A stretch of DNA of 64,000 nucleotides from a virus (taxonomy: Duplodnaviria > Caudoviricetes), in IMG/VR virus record IMGVR_UViG_3300037424_000224, positions 1 through 64,000 of that record. One strand, written 5' to 3'. The notes beneath the pieces were generated by a model that ran no database searches, was not told the origin of the DNA, and saw only the letters and a list, made by a program, of their open reading frames with translations. Made by a program: the position numbers and the translations under genes. This document shows, in pieces, positions 27,408-37,086 of the stretch (the first letter of the stretch is position 1; each line of letters starts with the position of its first letter).

Positions 27408-28955
27408 ATGATTAAGGAAAAGCTAGATCGTGGAGAACTCGCGTTAGCTGAAATAACAAGACATCCAGTTTTTGCAAGTGAATTTATTCGTAACTTAGGT
27501 GTCGGGTCTGACGAAGAAGAAAAGATGTGGGAGTACACCCAATACCAGAAGGAAATGCTTTGTGATTTTAATAGTTATGTTTCTTTGTGTTGTGCTCGTA
27601 GCATTGGCAAAAGCGAGGTACTTTTAGGTAAAATTATTTGGCACATGCTAAACCGTTTCTATGAGGAGTCTCTAGTATTAACTGGCCCGAATAAAGTCCA
27701 CTTAGACCCCCTCTTTTTAAAGATTACTCGCTGGCTTAGAAACAACCCCCTATTAAGACATTTTGTAGATAGAAATAGTATTAATAACGCAGACTTTACT
27801 ATTAAAATGAAGAATAACTTCATTTTAGACTGCCGTATTGCGGGTAAGTCTGGCACAGGAGCTAATGTTATTGGTCTACACGTACCTTTCGTTATGCTGG
27901 ACGAAGCCGGTTATTTTCCGTGGGGAACTTATATCGAATTACTTCCTATTATTAATTCCTATCAAAAAGGATTCCAGTTAATGGTTTCAGGAGTTCCTGA
28001 TGGTAGACGTGAGAAGTCAGTATTATTTAATGCTGACCAGATGGATAAAAACTTTACTAAACATCGAATTCCAGCCTCTCTTAACCCTCGCTATTCACCT
28101 GAAGATGAAGAAAGAAACCTAAAACAATTTAGAAGTAAAGAATCAGAAGATTATGTACATATGGTACTTGGAGAACATGGAAATCCGGTCTATGCAATGT
28201 TTGACCGAGATTTGATGAAGATTCAAGAATATCCCATTTACTACAATAGGTTTAAAGGTAAAGACTTTGAAGATAATGCCATGTTACCATATGAAATTAC
28301 TGCCACAATTCCAGTTCTTCCAACCTATTATGAAGAAGTAGTATTTGGAATTGACTTAGGATATACTGAACCTACAGTAATTACTATTTTGTACAAACAA
28401 AAGGATAGGTGGTATTTTCATGCCAGAATCATGCTGTATCAAGTAGACTACCCAATTCAAGAAAGATTATTTGATATACTTGATACAAAGTTCCTTCCAA
28501 ATCTAATCGCAATTGACGAAGGTTCTGCTGGTAAATCCGTTATTCAAAATATGATGTCTAGTGAGAATTTTCAAGGAAAGGCATACAAGAGTAGAGTCAT
28601 TGCTATTAATTTTGGTGGAACTACTGTTGTTGGATTTGATGACCAAAATGGGGAAGAGATTGTACTAAAAACCAAACAGTTTGGTATGCAGAGACTACAG
28701 TCCATGGCTAATAACCATGAGATTGTATTTACGTCAGAAGATGATGAAATGATTTCTGAGCTTGAAAGAACTACTTATAGTAGAACTGAAGCCGGAGAAA
28801 TCAAGTATTCTGTAGAATCACTTTCAGGTAAGAGTGCAAAAGGTGAAGACCACAATACTGCGGCATTGGTATGTGCCATTGTTGGTTATTATCTTAAATT
28901 TCAATCTCCGATGAATAATATGACAAAACTATACCATAGGATTTCGTGGCTATGA
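27408..28955 (+). CDS. terL: Terminase large subunit
   Basis: CARSIGKSE Walker A, MLDEA Walker B, FGIDLG nuclease, DHNTAA. Confidence 0.88.
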   Translation: MIKEKLDRGELALAEITRHPVFASEFIRNLGVGSDEEEKMWEYTQYQKEMLCDFNSYVSLCCARSIGKSEVLLGKIIWHMLNRFYEESLVLTGPNKVHLDPLFLKITRWLRNNPLLRHFVDRNSINNADFTIKMKNNFILDCRIAGKSGTGANVIGLHVPFVMLDEAGYFPWGTYIELLPIINSYQKGFQLMVSGVPDGRREKSVLFNADQMDKNFTKHRIPASLNPRYSPEDEERNLKQFRSKESEDYVHMVLGEHGNPVYAMFDRDLMKIQEYPIYYNRFKGKDFEDNAMLPYEITATIPVLPTYYEEVVFGIDLGYTEPTVITILYKQKDRWYFHARIMLYQVDYPIQERLFDILDTKFLPNLIAIDEGSAGKSVIQNMMSSENFQGKAYKSRVIAINFGGTTVVGFDDQNGEEIVLKTKQFGMQRLQSMANNHEIVFTSEDDEMISELERTTYSRTEAGEIKYSVESLSGKSAKGEDHNTAALVCAIVGYYLKFQSPMNNMTKLYHRISWL

Positions 28956-30475
28956 CAAAAATAGAAGAAGTAGAAAAAGTAAAAGAATCCCCCAAATTCT
29001 TACAGGCAGTTTCAGCAGTTATGAATACATCTGAAATTGCTATGAATAATATTTGGGGAGCTAACTCAGGTTTAGCATTTATAGATAAAATGGAGATTCC
29101 AAAAGATTATTATAAACAGGTTGATACCTGTAGATTTTTCTTTTTGAGAGACCCCATTGTATCTGGAACAATTAATAAACAAATTGAGATAGCATTTAAT
29201 GATTTAAAGCCTCGTCAGGGTAATACCAAAGACGAGGAGTTTGAAGTTTATAAGTATTGTAATGATGTGATATTAGAAGCAATGAAAATAGTTTCTATGG
29301 AATATTTAGTCTCAGGACTAATTGTTCCTGAGATTGCCTGGAAAACTGTAACTGGTAAAGAAATTGGACTAAAAAATCGACCTAATCGAAGATATGAAAT
29401 TCCTGACTATATTTGGTTACGACCGTGCGAGAATCTGGTAATCAAACCAACTCCTATTCCTGGAAGAATTAGAATTTTTGCTAAAGTCTCAATGGAGGAT
29501 ATTTTCTTTTTGAAAAATAATGGTCAATATATGGATGGTACGAAAGATGTTGACCTTTATAAACAGATTTTACAGGATTATCCAGACTACGTAAAAAGGG
29601 TACAAAATGGTGAAACTGAAATTGAACTTTCAGACCATTTTAGTATTCGTAGAAAAGTACAGGCTGGAAGTATATTCCCAACCCCCTACTTGCTCCCCGC
29701 ATTAGAGTCCCTCATGCACAAACGTAACCTAAAGAAAATGGATTACTCAATTGCCTCAAGAGTTATTGGTGCAATTCAGTTAATTACTTTAGGCGATAAA
29801 GACTTTCCTCTAACTGAAGATGATAAGGATTCTTTAGATGACCTCAAAGAACAAATGCGTTGGCGATCATCTCCCGGTAATATGGAAAGAGTATTTCAGC
29901 TCTTTGGTAATCATACTATTAAGATTAGTTGGATTTATCCAGATACATCTGCTATGTTGGATGAGGGTAAATATTCCTCAGTTAATCACGATATTTTGTA
30001 CGCTTTAGGTATTCCTAATATTATTACAACTGGTGAAAACTTAAGAAGTGCCTCCTCACAAGCTGAATTTGCATTACTTCCACCAGCGGAAACTCTTAGA
30101 AATTTAAGAAACGAAATTATACCTTTTGTTAAATACATCTATAATCAAATTATGGATAAGAACGGGTTTATGGATATAGCTAAACCTAAGATGTCTCCTA
30201 TTCGACTCTATGACCCCGCTAAGATGGCAACAATCGGTGAAACTCTATATAATAATGGCGCTTTGTCAAAGACTACTTGGGACGAACTAACGGTAATGGA
30301 CCTAGAATTTGGTGATGAATTAGTCCAGAGAAAAGCAGATGATTCTGAAACTAAACGATTAGGACTAGAACCAAGCCCTCAAGTGCCATATTCTTCACCA
30401 TCTATTGGAGCTCCAAAACCACCGTCACCAAGTACAAAATCCCCCTCTAAAACCCCTGCAACTACTAAAAACTAG
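28946..30475 (+). CDS. Portal protein
   Basis: Follows terL; size; DPIV..IN, LVSG, ALGIP; Pro/Ser-rich tail. Confidence 0.75.
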   Translation: MAMTKIEEVEKVKESPKFLQAVSAVMNTSEIAMNNIWGANSGLAFIDKMEIPKDYYKQVDTCRFFFLRDPIVSGTINKQIEIAFNDLKPRQGNTKDEEFEVYKYCNDVILEAMKIVSMEYLVSGLIVPEIAWKTVTGKEIGLKNRPNRRYEIPDYIWLRPCENLVIKPTPIPGRIRIFAKVSMEDIFFLKNNGQYMDGTKDVDLYKQILQDYPDYVKRVQNGETEIELSDHFSIRRKVQAGSIFPTPYLLPALESLMHKRNLKKMDYSIASRVIGAIQLITLGDKDFPLTEDDKDSLDDLKEQMRWRSSPGNMERVFQLFGNHTIKISWIYPDTSAMLDEGKYSSVNHDILYALGIPNIITTGENLRSASSQAEFALLPPAETLRNLRNEIIPFVKYIYNQIMDKNGFMDIAKPKMSPIRLYDPAKMATIGETLYNNGALSKTTWDELTVMDLEFGDELVQRKADDSETKRLGLEPSPQVPYSSPSIGAPKPPSPSTKSPSKTPATTKN

Positions 30476-30546
30476 GTAATTTTGACTAAATTAGGAACAA
30501 AATCCGCCAATTTTGTTCCTAAATACCCCTAATATGGTGTAGATAG

Positions 30547-31497
30547 GTGATATATAATATGACAGAAAAATTAATAACGATTCAATCAACCGCTATTTTT
30601 GATAGGGAAGCATTAGCTTCAGTACAAAGTCCCATACTTTCTAAGTTAAACTTTGTTTTTACTGATGATAAACCTAATGCCAATAAACAAGGTGTCCCTT
30701 TAAAGGCGTTTGATAATTTAATAGATACAGGAATTCTCATGCCAGTGAAGATGGCTGAGGGTGGTATTAGTCGGGGTCACGCCGGAACAACACCACTAGG
30801 GGTAATTGCTGGAATGAGCAAGAACCTTTCTGACGACACAAATCAGGTATTGGGAAACGCCGCTTTGTGGTCTAAAGAACGTCCAGAAGATATAAATCTA
30901 CTTAAAGAGTGCTACGCATCGGGCGATCCAGTAAACATTTCGTGGGAACTTGTTTATACGGACTCAACCATAGATGAAGATGGTGTCGAGTGGATTAATG
31001 ACCCAATTGTTCGGTCAGCTACTATTGTCGGCTCACCTGCATATATGGGACGAACCCCAATGACAAGTGTAGCCTCAAATGAGGAAAACATGGAAGAATT
31101 AGAACAAGTAAAGGCAGACCTATTAGCAGCCCAGTCACAAATTACGGCTCTAACGGAAACCTTAGCAACCTCTAATGCAGAACTAGAAGGATTACGGACT
31201 TACAAGGCCAGTGCAGAACTAAAAGAGCAAGAATCTGCACTATTAAGTGCAAGATTATCTGCCTTTGCCGAAGTTGGTATTCAGTACACTCCCGAAGATG
31301 TAGAAGCTAAGAAAGCAATGTGGTTGAAGTTAGACCAAGAATCATTTGACTATTTAGTTTCTGAACTAAAAACATCCAAGTCTGCAAAAGAAACAGAAGC
31401 AAGTACAAAAACAGAAGTACCAGCTCCTATTGTAACTACAAAAACTAAAACAAGTTTTGAGTTAGTTCAAGAGGGCTTGGCACTATTAAAGAAATAG
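30547..31497 (+). CDS. Prohead protease-scaffold fusion
   Basis: PNANKQG, H, ISWEL, ATIVGSPAYMGRT; C-terminal coiled coil. Confidence 0.72.
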   Translation: MIYNMTEKLITIQSTAIFDREALASVQSPILSKLNFVFTDDKPNANKQGVPLKAFDNLIDTGILMPVKMAEGGISRGHAGTTPLGVIAGMSKNLSDDTNQVLGNAALWSKERPEDINLLKECYASGDPVNISWELVYTDSTIDEDGVEWINDPIVRSATIVGSPAYMGRTPMTSVASNEENMEELEQVKADLLAAQSQITALTETLATSNAELEGLRTYKASAELKEQESALLSARLSAFAEVGIQYTPEDVEAKKAMWLKLDQESFDYLVSELKTSKSAKETEASTKTEVPAPIVTTKTKTSFELVQEGLALLKK

Positions 31498-31509
31498 AGG
31501 ATTATAATA

Positions 31510-32073
31510 ATGGAAATTAATCGTTTTGATAACGCATTAGGCGCAGTTGCTCTAGCAGATGTCAAAGAAGGCTTAATGGTTGTGAGGGTAGACGACGGTG
31601 CTGGAAATCCAGCAGCCAGAGTTCCAGCTACACAAGCGGAAGCCATTCAGGCTCGTTGGGTTGCAGTTTGGCCTCAGAATTATATGCCAATGCCCGGCCC
31701 ATTAGCTTGGCCTGCCACCGCTGGTGGATTCTCATTGAGAGAAGGCGCATTTGATGTCGCACAGAATAATCAGCCTATGGTAACAAATATCTGGTTAACC
31801 TATCCAGGTATGCAAGAAGGTACAACCATTCCTAGTGGTTACGACCTCGTAACTCACGGTGGTGGTGAAGGTACTTATACAGTTGAATCTGGCATGTTTG
31901 TAGTTAGTTCTAATCTAACAGTTGGTGCTAAACTAGAGGCACTAAATACAGCCGATGACACTACAAATGCTGGTAAACTAAGTTATACGACAGTAGACGC
32001 AGACGCAGTTGCTTACGTAGTTAAATACGACGCAACAAACTTCCGCCTAACTTTCCGCACCCGTGAACTATAA
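31510..32073 (+). CDS. Capsid decoration/cement-like protein
   Basis: Between scaffold and MCP; beta-rich. Confidence 0.55.
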   Translation: MEINRFDNALGAVALADVKEGLMVVRVDDGAGNPAARVPATQAEAIQARWVAVWPQNYMPMPGPLAWPATAGGFSLREGAFDVAQNNQPMVTNIWLTYPGMQEGTTIPSGYDLVTHGGGEGTYTVESGMFVVSSNLTVGAKLEALNTADDTTNAGKLSYTTVDADAVAYVVKYDATNFRLTFRTREL

Positions 32074-32083
32074 GGTGAACATA

Positions 32084-33013
32084 ATGGAAAATAAAGAAAT
32101 TACTCAAGAATTTAAAGATGCTTATTCGGCAGTAGCCAAAGATAAGAGTCAGAGAGATGCTTTTTCTGAACTAATTGTCAAATGGATTCAGCCAAATCAC
32201 CTAAGTTCAAATCTAGTTAGCCTATTCCTAAATACTCGCAGTATAAAATCTGGCGATGCTATGGTCTACAAAGTTCGTAGAGGAATGGAAGTTCGTAAGT
32301 TAGTACCTGGTACTATCCCACTACAGAGTGAAGTTGCTGTAAACGATAGAATCAATTACGCCGTCGAGTTCGCTCAGGTCGGCCTAACCTATAATCTTTG
32401 GGAACTAGAATCCGGTGAAATCGGTACTCTAGGTGAACTACAGAATGAAATGCGAGCAAAACTATCTGATTACTATGTTAATCGGGTATTTACGGCTCTT
32501 TCGACAATTTGGAGTACCGTAAATACTCCTACTAACTACACCAATGTTGGTGGTACAGTTACTGCTACAGCCCTCAAGAACGCTATTGATAACATCAATC
32601 TAAAGGTCGGTCGTGTTCGTGCAGTAGTTGGTACTCGTAAGGCGTTGACTCCCATCACCACTTTTGGTGCTGGTTGGGATACAACTACAGCCGCAGGTAC
32701 AACTCAGCAAGCCAATTACCCAGCTCTAAACGAGATTTGGCAAACTGGCTGGCTAGGTCGTTACTATGGTGCACCAATTGTTGCACTAGACCAGATTTAT
32801 GATAATCCTATCGACTACAGAGCCATGCTCCCAGAAGATAAGATTCTTGTAATTGGTGAAAATGTTGGTGAGTTCCTAATGTACGGGGATGTCAAGTCTC
32901 AAAACTATGACAGAATGGATGTAATTCCACCTCAGTATATGTTAAACATTTTTCAATCTTTTGGCTTAGTAGTTACTAATGCCCAAGGTATACATATCTT
33001 AAAAGTTAGTTAG
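32084..33013 (+). CDS. Major capsid protein (HK97 fold), unspliced 309-aa form; spliced form is 32084-32951 joined to 34048-34109, also 309 aa
   Basis: ATG 32084 after AAGGTGA; capsid-type size and position, with GWLGRYYGAPIV near the C-terminus. Confidence 0.85.
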   Translation: MENKEITQEFKDAYSAVAKDKSQRDAFSELIVKWIQPNHLSSNLVSLFLNTRSIKSGDAMVYKVRRGMEVRKLVPGTIPLQSEVAVNDRINYAVEFAQVGLTYNLWELESGEIGTLGELQNEMRAKLSDYYVNRVFTALSTIWSTVNTPTNYTNVGGTVTATALKNAIDNINLKVGRVRAVVGTRKALTPITTFGAGWDTTTAAGTTQQANYPALNEIWQTGWLGRYYGAPIVALDQIYDNPIDYRAMLPEDKILVIGENVGEFLMYGDVKSQNYDRMDVIPPQYMLNIFQSFGLVVTNAQGIHILKVS

Positions 33014-34047
33014 AAATGAAGAAACTTTTTTCAGAAGAGGATGATTTGCTACTGAAAAAATTCTATGCAGAAAAAACAAATAAAGAACTAGTTGAATTAC
33101 TAAACGGACAGTTTTCCAGAGACCAAATCAAATGGAGAGCAAAAAGTCTAAAATTAAGTAAACTTCCTGAAACAAACTTAAAATCACAACAGACTAGAAA
33201 TACTTGTTGGAAAGAGTGGGAAGTAGAAATAGTTAAAAGACACTATCCAAATGAAGGTTACTTGGGATGTTTAAAATATCTACCCAATAGAACTGAACAA
33301 CAAATTACATACAAAGCACAGCGATTACATATAAAAGTTTCTGAGGAACGCCGTTTACAAGTACAGTCCACTTATTACGGCGTGGCTAAACATACAGAAG
33401 AAACTAAACAAAAGATGTCACTAGCACGTCTTGGTAAGCCATTTACACAAGAACATATTGATAACTTAAGAAAGTCCTGTAAGCGGGGTATAGAACATCC
33501 CAATTATAAACATGGGCAATCAAAGAATCAGTATCCAGATGTTTTTAATATTCCTTTAAAAGCAAAGATACAAAAACGTGACCATTATCAGTGCCAAGTA
33601 TGTAAAAAGAAGCCCTCTTGGGGCAAATTAGTAATTCACCATATAGATCATAATAAAGAAAATTGCATAGAAACTAACTTAATTACTTTGTGTCGGTCTT
33701 GTCATGGAAAGTATCATAGTCCATACAATAGAGACCAGTTAAAGCAACAACAAGACTTTAACGACATTATTAGCGGTCAAAAGAAGAATGTAATAGATGG
33801 TAACATCTATTTAGCAACAGACCAAATTGCTGGAAACTCTGGGGATATTCAATTAGTTACCGAAATCAGTAATGATATACGGCAATCTGAAAATATTGAA
33901 TTGCAGACAATCAGCAGCCAAGTATCCTGAAGGGATAAAGGTTCAACGACTAGAGGGTTTGCTCCTATTTATAGGATGATAGTATAGTCTGGTCTTATTA
34001 GCGATAATAAGAGTTGGAAGATAACCGACTTCCAGAGTAACAGCAAG
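32952..34047 (+). mobile_element. Group I intron in the major capsid gene, with an HNH ORF and a recoded copy of exon 2 in L1
   Basis: P1 exon ACATTT/IGS GAATGT (33786-91, G.U at the splice site); P2 AATAGATG/CATCTATT; P3 CAGACC/GGTTTG; AATTGCTGGAAAC, AATCAGCAG, GGTTCAACGACTA, TATAGTCT core; omega-G 34047. Confidence 0.88.
33016..33930 (+). CDS. Intron-encoded HNH homing endonuclease (HTH repeats + NUMOD3 + HNH)
   Basis: KHTEETKQKMS (NUMOD3); HHIDHNK.N..NLITLCRSCH; the 3' end overlaps the intron core. Confidence 0.9.
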   Translation: MKKLFSEEDDLLLKKFYAEKTNKELVELLNGQFSRDQIKWRAKSLKLSKLPETNLKSQQTRNTCWKEWEVEIVKRHYPNEGYLGCLKYLPNRTEQQITYKAQRLHIKVSEERRLQVQSTYYGVAKHTEETKQKMSLARLGKPFTQEHIDNLRKSCKRGIEHPNYKHGQSKNQYPDVFNIPLKAKIQKRDHYQCQVCKKKPSWGKLVIHHIDHNKENCIETNLITLCRSCHGKYHSPYNRDQLKQQQDFNDIISGQKKNVIDGNIYLATDQIAGNSGDIQLVTEISNDIRQSENIELQTISSQVS

Positions 34048-34109
34048 ATCAACAGTTCGGTCTTATTGTAACAAACGCGCAGGGAATTCACGTCTTAAAG
34101 GTTAGCTAA
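34048..34109 (+). CDS. Major capsid protein exon 2, (Y)QQFGLIVTNAQGIHVLKVS*
   Basis: In frame after splicing; 16 of 20 aa identical to the copy at 32951-33013. Confidence 0.85.
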
Positions 34110-34128
34110 TTTCCCTTTTGGGAGTATT

Positions 34129-34165
34129 ATAAGGGAGAGTTACTAAAATGACTCTCCCTTATTTT
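34129..34165 (+). terminator. Intrinsic terminator after capsid exon 2
   Basis: AAGGGAGAGT/ACTCTCCCTT stem followed by ATTTT. Confidence 0.7.
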
Positions 34166-34185
34166 GTATAAGGATAGGTAAGGAT

Positions 34186-34671
34186 ATGGAAAATAACATG
34201 AATCAAATAGCGTCACTTATGTCTAAAGAACCATATAAACGCTATATTAAAGCAACACTAGGCAGAGTAGTAGTTAAGATTCTAGACCCGATCACAGGAC
34301 AGCAGGTAGAAGTAGTTCTATCAGGCGATCCTAAACTAAAGGAAGAATCTTGTATTTTAGATTTGTGGACTTCTACTGAGCAAACTTATTTTGAAAGAAA
34401 TAATAAACAGATTTTAGGGGAAGGACTTTTGGTAGATTTTAAAGAGTCTATTGAAGCAGTTCCTACTGCAAATAATGTTACTGATACTCAGATTGTAGAC
34501 GCCCTGACAGGTAAGTTTTTCCAAGTAAAGAAACTACTTGATGGCTTCACTAGCACAGCTCCCGTAGAAAGAATGCTTACTCTAGCAGAAGAAATGAATC
34601 GACCAGTTAAGACTATTGATGCAATCAAAGGTAAACTAGCAGAACTTCAAATTTCAGAATACGAAAAGTAA
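34186..34671 (+). CDS. Hypothetical head-module protein
   Basis: Position; strong RBS. Confidence 0.55.
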   Translation: MENNMNQIASLMSKEPYKRYIKATLGRVVVKILDPITGQQVEVVLSGDPKLKEESCILDLWTSTEQTYFERNNKQILGEGLLVDFKESIEAVPTANNVTDTQIVDALTGKFFQVKKLLDGFTSTAPVERMLTLAEEMNRPVKTIDAIKGKLAELQISEYEK

Positions 34672-34689
34672 AGTAACAAAGGCTCGAAA

Positions 34690-35259
34690 ATGACAACATT
34701 ATTGACAAATGCAACTTTTGAAATAGGATACCCAAGTGATTTAGACTATTTGCTTGGCTCATTAAGAGTTCATATAGGGGATATTGAATCCCCCTATGAC
34801 TTTTCTGATGGTCTATTAAGAAAGTGTTTAGTAGATGGATTTAAATCCCTAGATAAACGCTGGCAAAGACGCTATGATATACTGGCCTCTGGTATTTCTT
34901 CAATCTCTGGAATAGATTACAGTTATTATTCTATTGTTAGAACTCTAGATTATAACTTTACAGATATAGAACCACCAATAATTCAAGTAGAAGATGAACT
35001 ACCTATAGTTTTAATGGCCTCTATTATATTAAAGAGGGGCTTACTACATAAAATGTCAAAAGGGCTGGGTTCTTGGAGAGATGACGAAATTTCTATGTCT
35101 AACATAGCAAGTGGTCAAACTTTAGAAATGACATTAAAAATGGATGTATCTGAACTAGAGTCCATACTTCCATCAAGAGCCAGAAAACTCGCGCGTGGAA
35201 TCAAGCAGTCGTTACCTGGCTTCAAGTACCCATCAAATTATTACGAAGGCGAATATTAG
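34690..35259 (+). CDS. Head-tail adaptor/connector
   Basis: LRVHIGD..FSD..L near the N-terminus; position. Confidence 0.6.
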   Translation: MTTLLTNATFEIGYPSDLDYLLGSLRVHIGDIESPYDFSDGLLRKCLVDGFKSLDKRWQRRYDILASGISSISGIDYSYYSIVRTLDYNFTDIEPPIIQVEDELPIVLMASIILKRGLLHKMSKGLGSWRDDEISMSNIASGQTLEMTLKMDVSELESILPSRARKLARGIKQSLPGFKYPSNYYEGEY

Positions 35260-35284
35260 ATTTTAAAAGGTAAGGTAAAGGAAT

Positions 35285-36466
35285 ATGAAAAAAGTATTAG
35301 TAGTAGGAGATGGTGGAGTGGCAACTGGATTTTCTCGTGTACTCCATTCTATCATCGATAACTTTCCAGATGAAAGTTACGAATTTCATCATTTAGCAGT
35401 TAATTATAGAGGTGACCCATATAAGGTAAAGAATCCCAATCATTATTTATATCCCGCCATGTTAGGTGGAGATATATATGGTATGGGAAGGATTCAGAGT
35501 TTATTAGCTAATATTGAGCCGGATATAATTTTTATACTGAACGATTTATGGGGTATAGAAGCATATTTACAGAGACTTAGTGAACATGACCTAAAAAAGG
35601 TAGTTGTATACTTTCCAGTAGATGGAACTTACAGTGATAAACAATGGCTTAATAACTTTAATAAGTTAGGGGCAGTTGTATCCTACACTAAATTTGGTAA
35701 AGACGAAGTATCTATCTTAGACCCAAGTTTGGATGTTAAAATTATTCCACATGGAACTGATACTAGTGTTTTCTTTCCAGTTGATAAAAATTATGCTAGA
35801 AATGTTTTAAAAGTCATCTCAGCTGACGACTTTGTAGTATTTAATGGTAATAGAAATCAACCAAGAAAACGTATTGATTTAACTATTGAAGCATTTGCTA
35901 AGTTTGCACAGAATAAACCAGATAATGTAAAGCTTTATTTACATATGGGAGTACAAGATTCCGGCTGGGACATTAAAAAGATGTCAGCTCGGTACGGAAT
36001 TTTAGATAGGGTAATTATAACGAGTGAGAGATTATCTCCACAAACATCAGTTCCAGTAGAGATGTTAAATATAATATATAATTCTTGCGACATTGGCATA
36101 AACACATCAATGGGGGAAGGCTGGGGCTTAGTAAATGTAGAACATGCAGTTACTGGGGCGGCACAAATAGTACCCAATAGCTCAGCTTGTGCTGAAATTT
36201 TTAAGGACTGTGGAGCATTAATTGATATTGACCATTACGATACTCACCCTAATATTCTTACTGTTGGGGCAGTTATAAATACTGATTATGCAGCATTTTT
36301 ATTAGATTACCTATATAAGAATCCTACACAAAGACAAAACTTAGGTGACTCAGCACAAATAAAATTTAGTAGTCCAGAATATAGTTGGAAAGAAATTTCT
36401 AAACAGTGGTTGGACTTATTCGAGAAGGTCATAAATGATAACTTGGCCCGCACAACTAGTAAATGA
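35285..36466 (+). CDS. GT4-family glycosyltransferase inside the head-tail joining genes
   Basis: GVATGFSRV, PHGTD, NRNQPRKRID, EGWGLVNVEHA, YSWKEI. Confidence 0.9.
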   Translation: MKKVLVVGDGGVATGFSRVLHSIIDNFPDESYEFHHLAVNYRGDPYKVKNPNHYLYPAMLGGDIYGMGRIQSLLANIEPDIIFILNDLWGIEAYLQRLSEHDLKKVVVYFPVDGTYSDKQWLNNFNKLGAVVSYTKFGKDEVSILDPSLDVKIIPHGTDTSVFFPVDKNYARNVLKVISADDFVVFNGNRNQPRKRIDLTIEAFAKFAQNKPDNVKLYLHMGVQDSGWDIKKMSARYGILDRVIITSERLSPQTSVPVEMLNIIYNSCDIGINTSMGEGWGLVNVEHAVTGAAQIVPNSSACAEIFKDCGALIDIDHYDTHPNILTVGAVINTDYAAFLLDYLYKNPTQRQNLGDSAQIKFSSPEYSWKEISKQWLDLFEKVINDNLARTTSK

Positions 36467-36887
36467 TACAATAGAAGAAATAAGAAATGCAATCGGTAGG
36501 CCAGTAATTTTTAATATTAGAGTTTCTGGTATTGGGTGTACTTATAGTGGTTGTTTTTTAGACCCAATTACTAATTTATCTGTTGACCCGTGGTGTCCAG
36601 AATGTCATGGAACTTATTGGAAGGATACGATTTCAGGAATTACAATTTCTGGTCATGTGCTTTGGGGAACTGCTGAATCTCCCTATATTCGGTCTGGTGG
36701 AATTATTCCAGAGGGTGATTGCAAAGTAACTATTGTGTTTAGTAGTGTTAATGAAAAATATGTAAAAGATGCAGAAGGGTTTATTGTAGATGGAAAGTCT
36801 ATGAGCCTTAAATCCTACAGACTAAGGGGAGTTCCGACACCCAACCGTCTTGCAATTTTCATGACGGAGGAAGGAAATAATGGATAA
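36435..36887 (+). CDS. Head-closure/stopper-like protein with zinc ribbon
   Basis: CPECHGTYW; position. Confidence 0.55.
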   Translation: MITWPAQLVNDTIEEIRNAIGRPVIFNIRVSGIGCTYSGCFLDPITNLSVDPWCPECHGTYWKDTISGITISGHVLWGTAESPYIRSGGIIPEGDCKVTIVFSSVNEKYVKDAEGFIVDGKSMSLKSYRLRGVPTPNRLAIFMTEEGNNG

Positions 36888-37086
36888 TGAAATTGATATG
36901 CTAGTAGTTATTGGACTACTAGGGAAGATTAAAGACACTTACTTAAACTTACTTTTAAGAGCAATTAAAGACTTGTACGATGCCAATGGTACACCAGAGT
37001 ATTTACAGGTTAGAAAGGCTGTTCTTGATTATTTTAATGATTATCACAGAGCATTTATCAATGTAGTTACGGATGGGGATATTTGA
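36880..37086 (+). CDS. Hypothetical protein
   Basis: Coupled ORF. Confidence 0.5.
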   Translation: MDNEIDMLVVIGLLGKIKDTYLNLLLRAIKDLYDANGTPEYLQVRKAVLDYFNDYHRAFINVVTDGDI

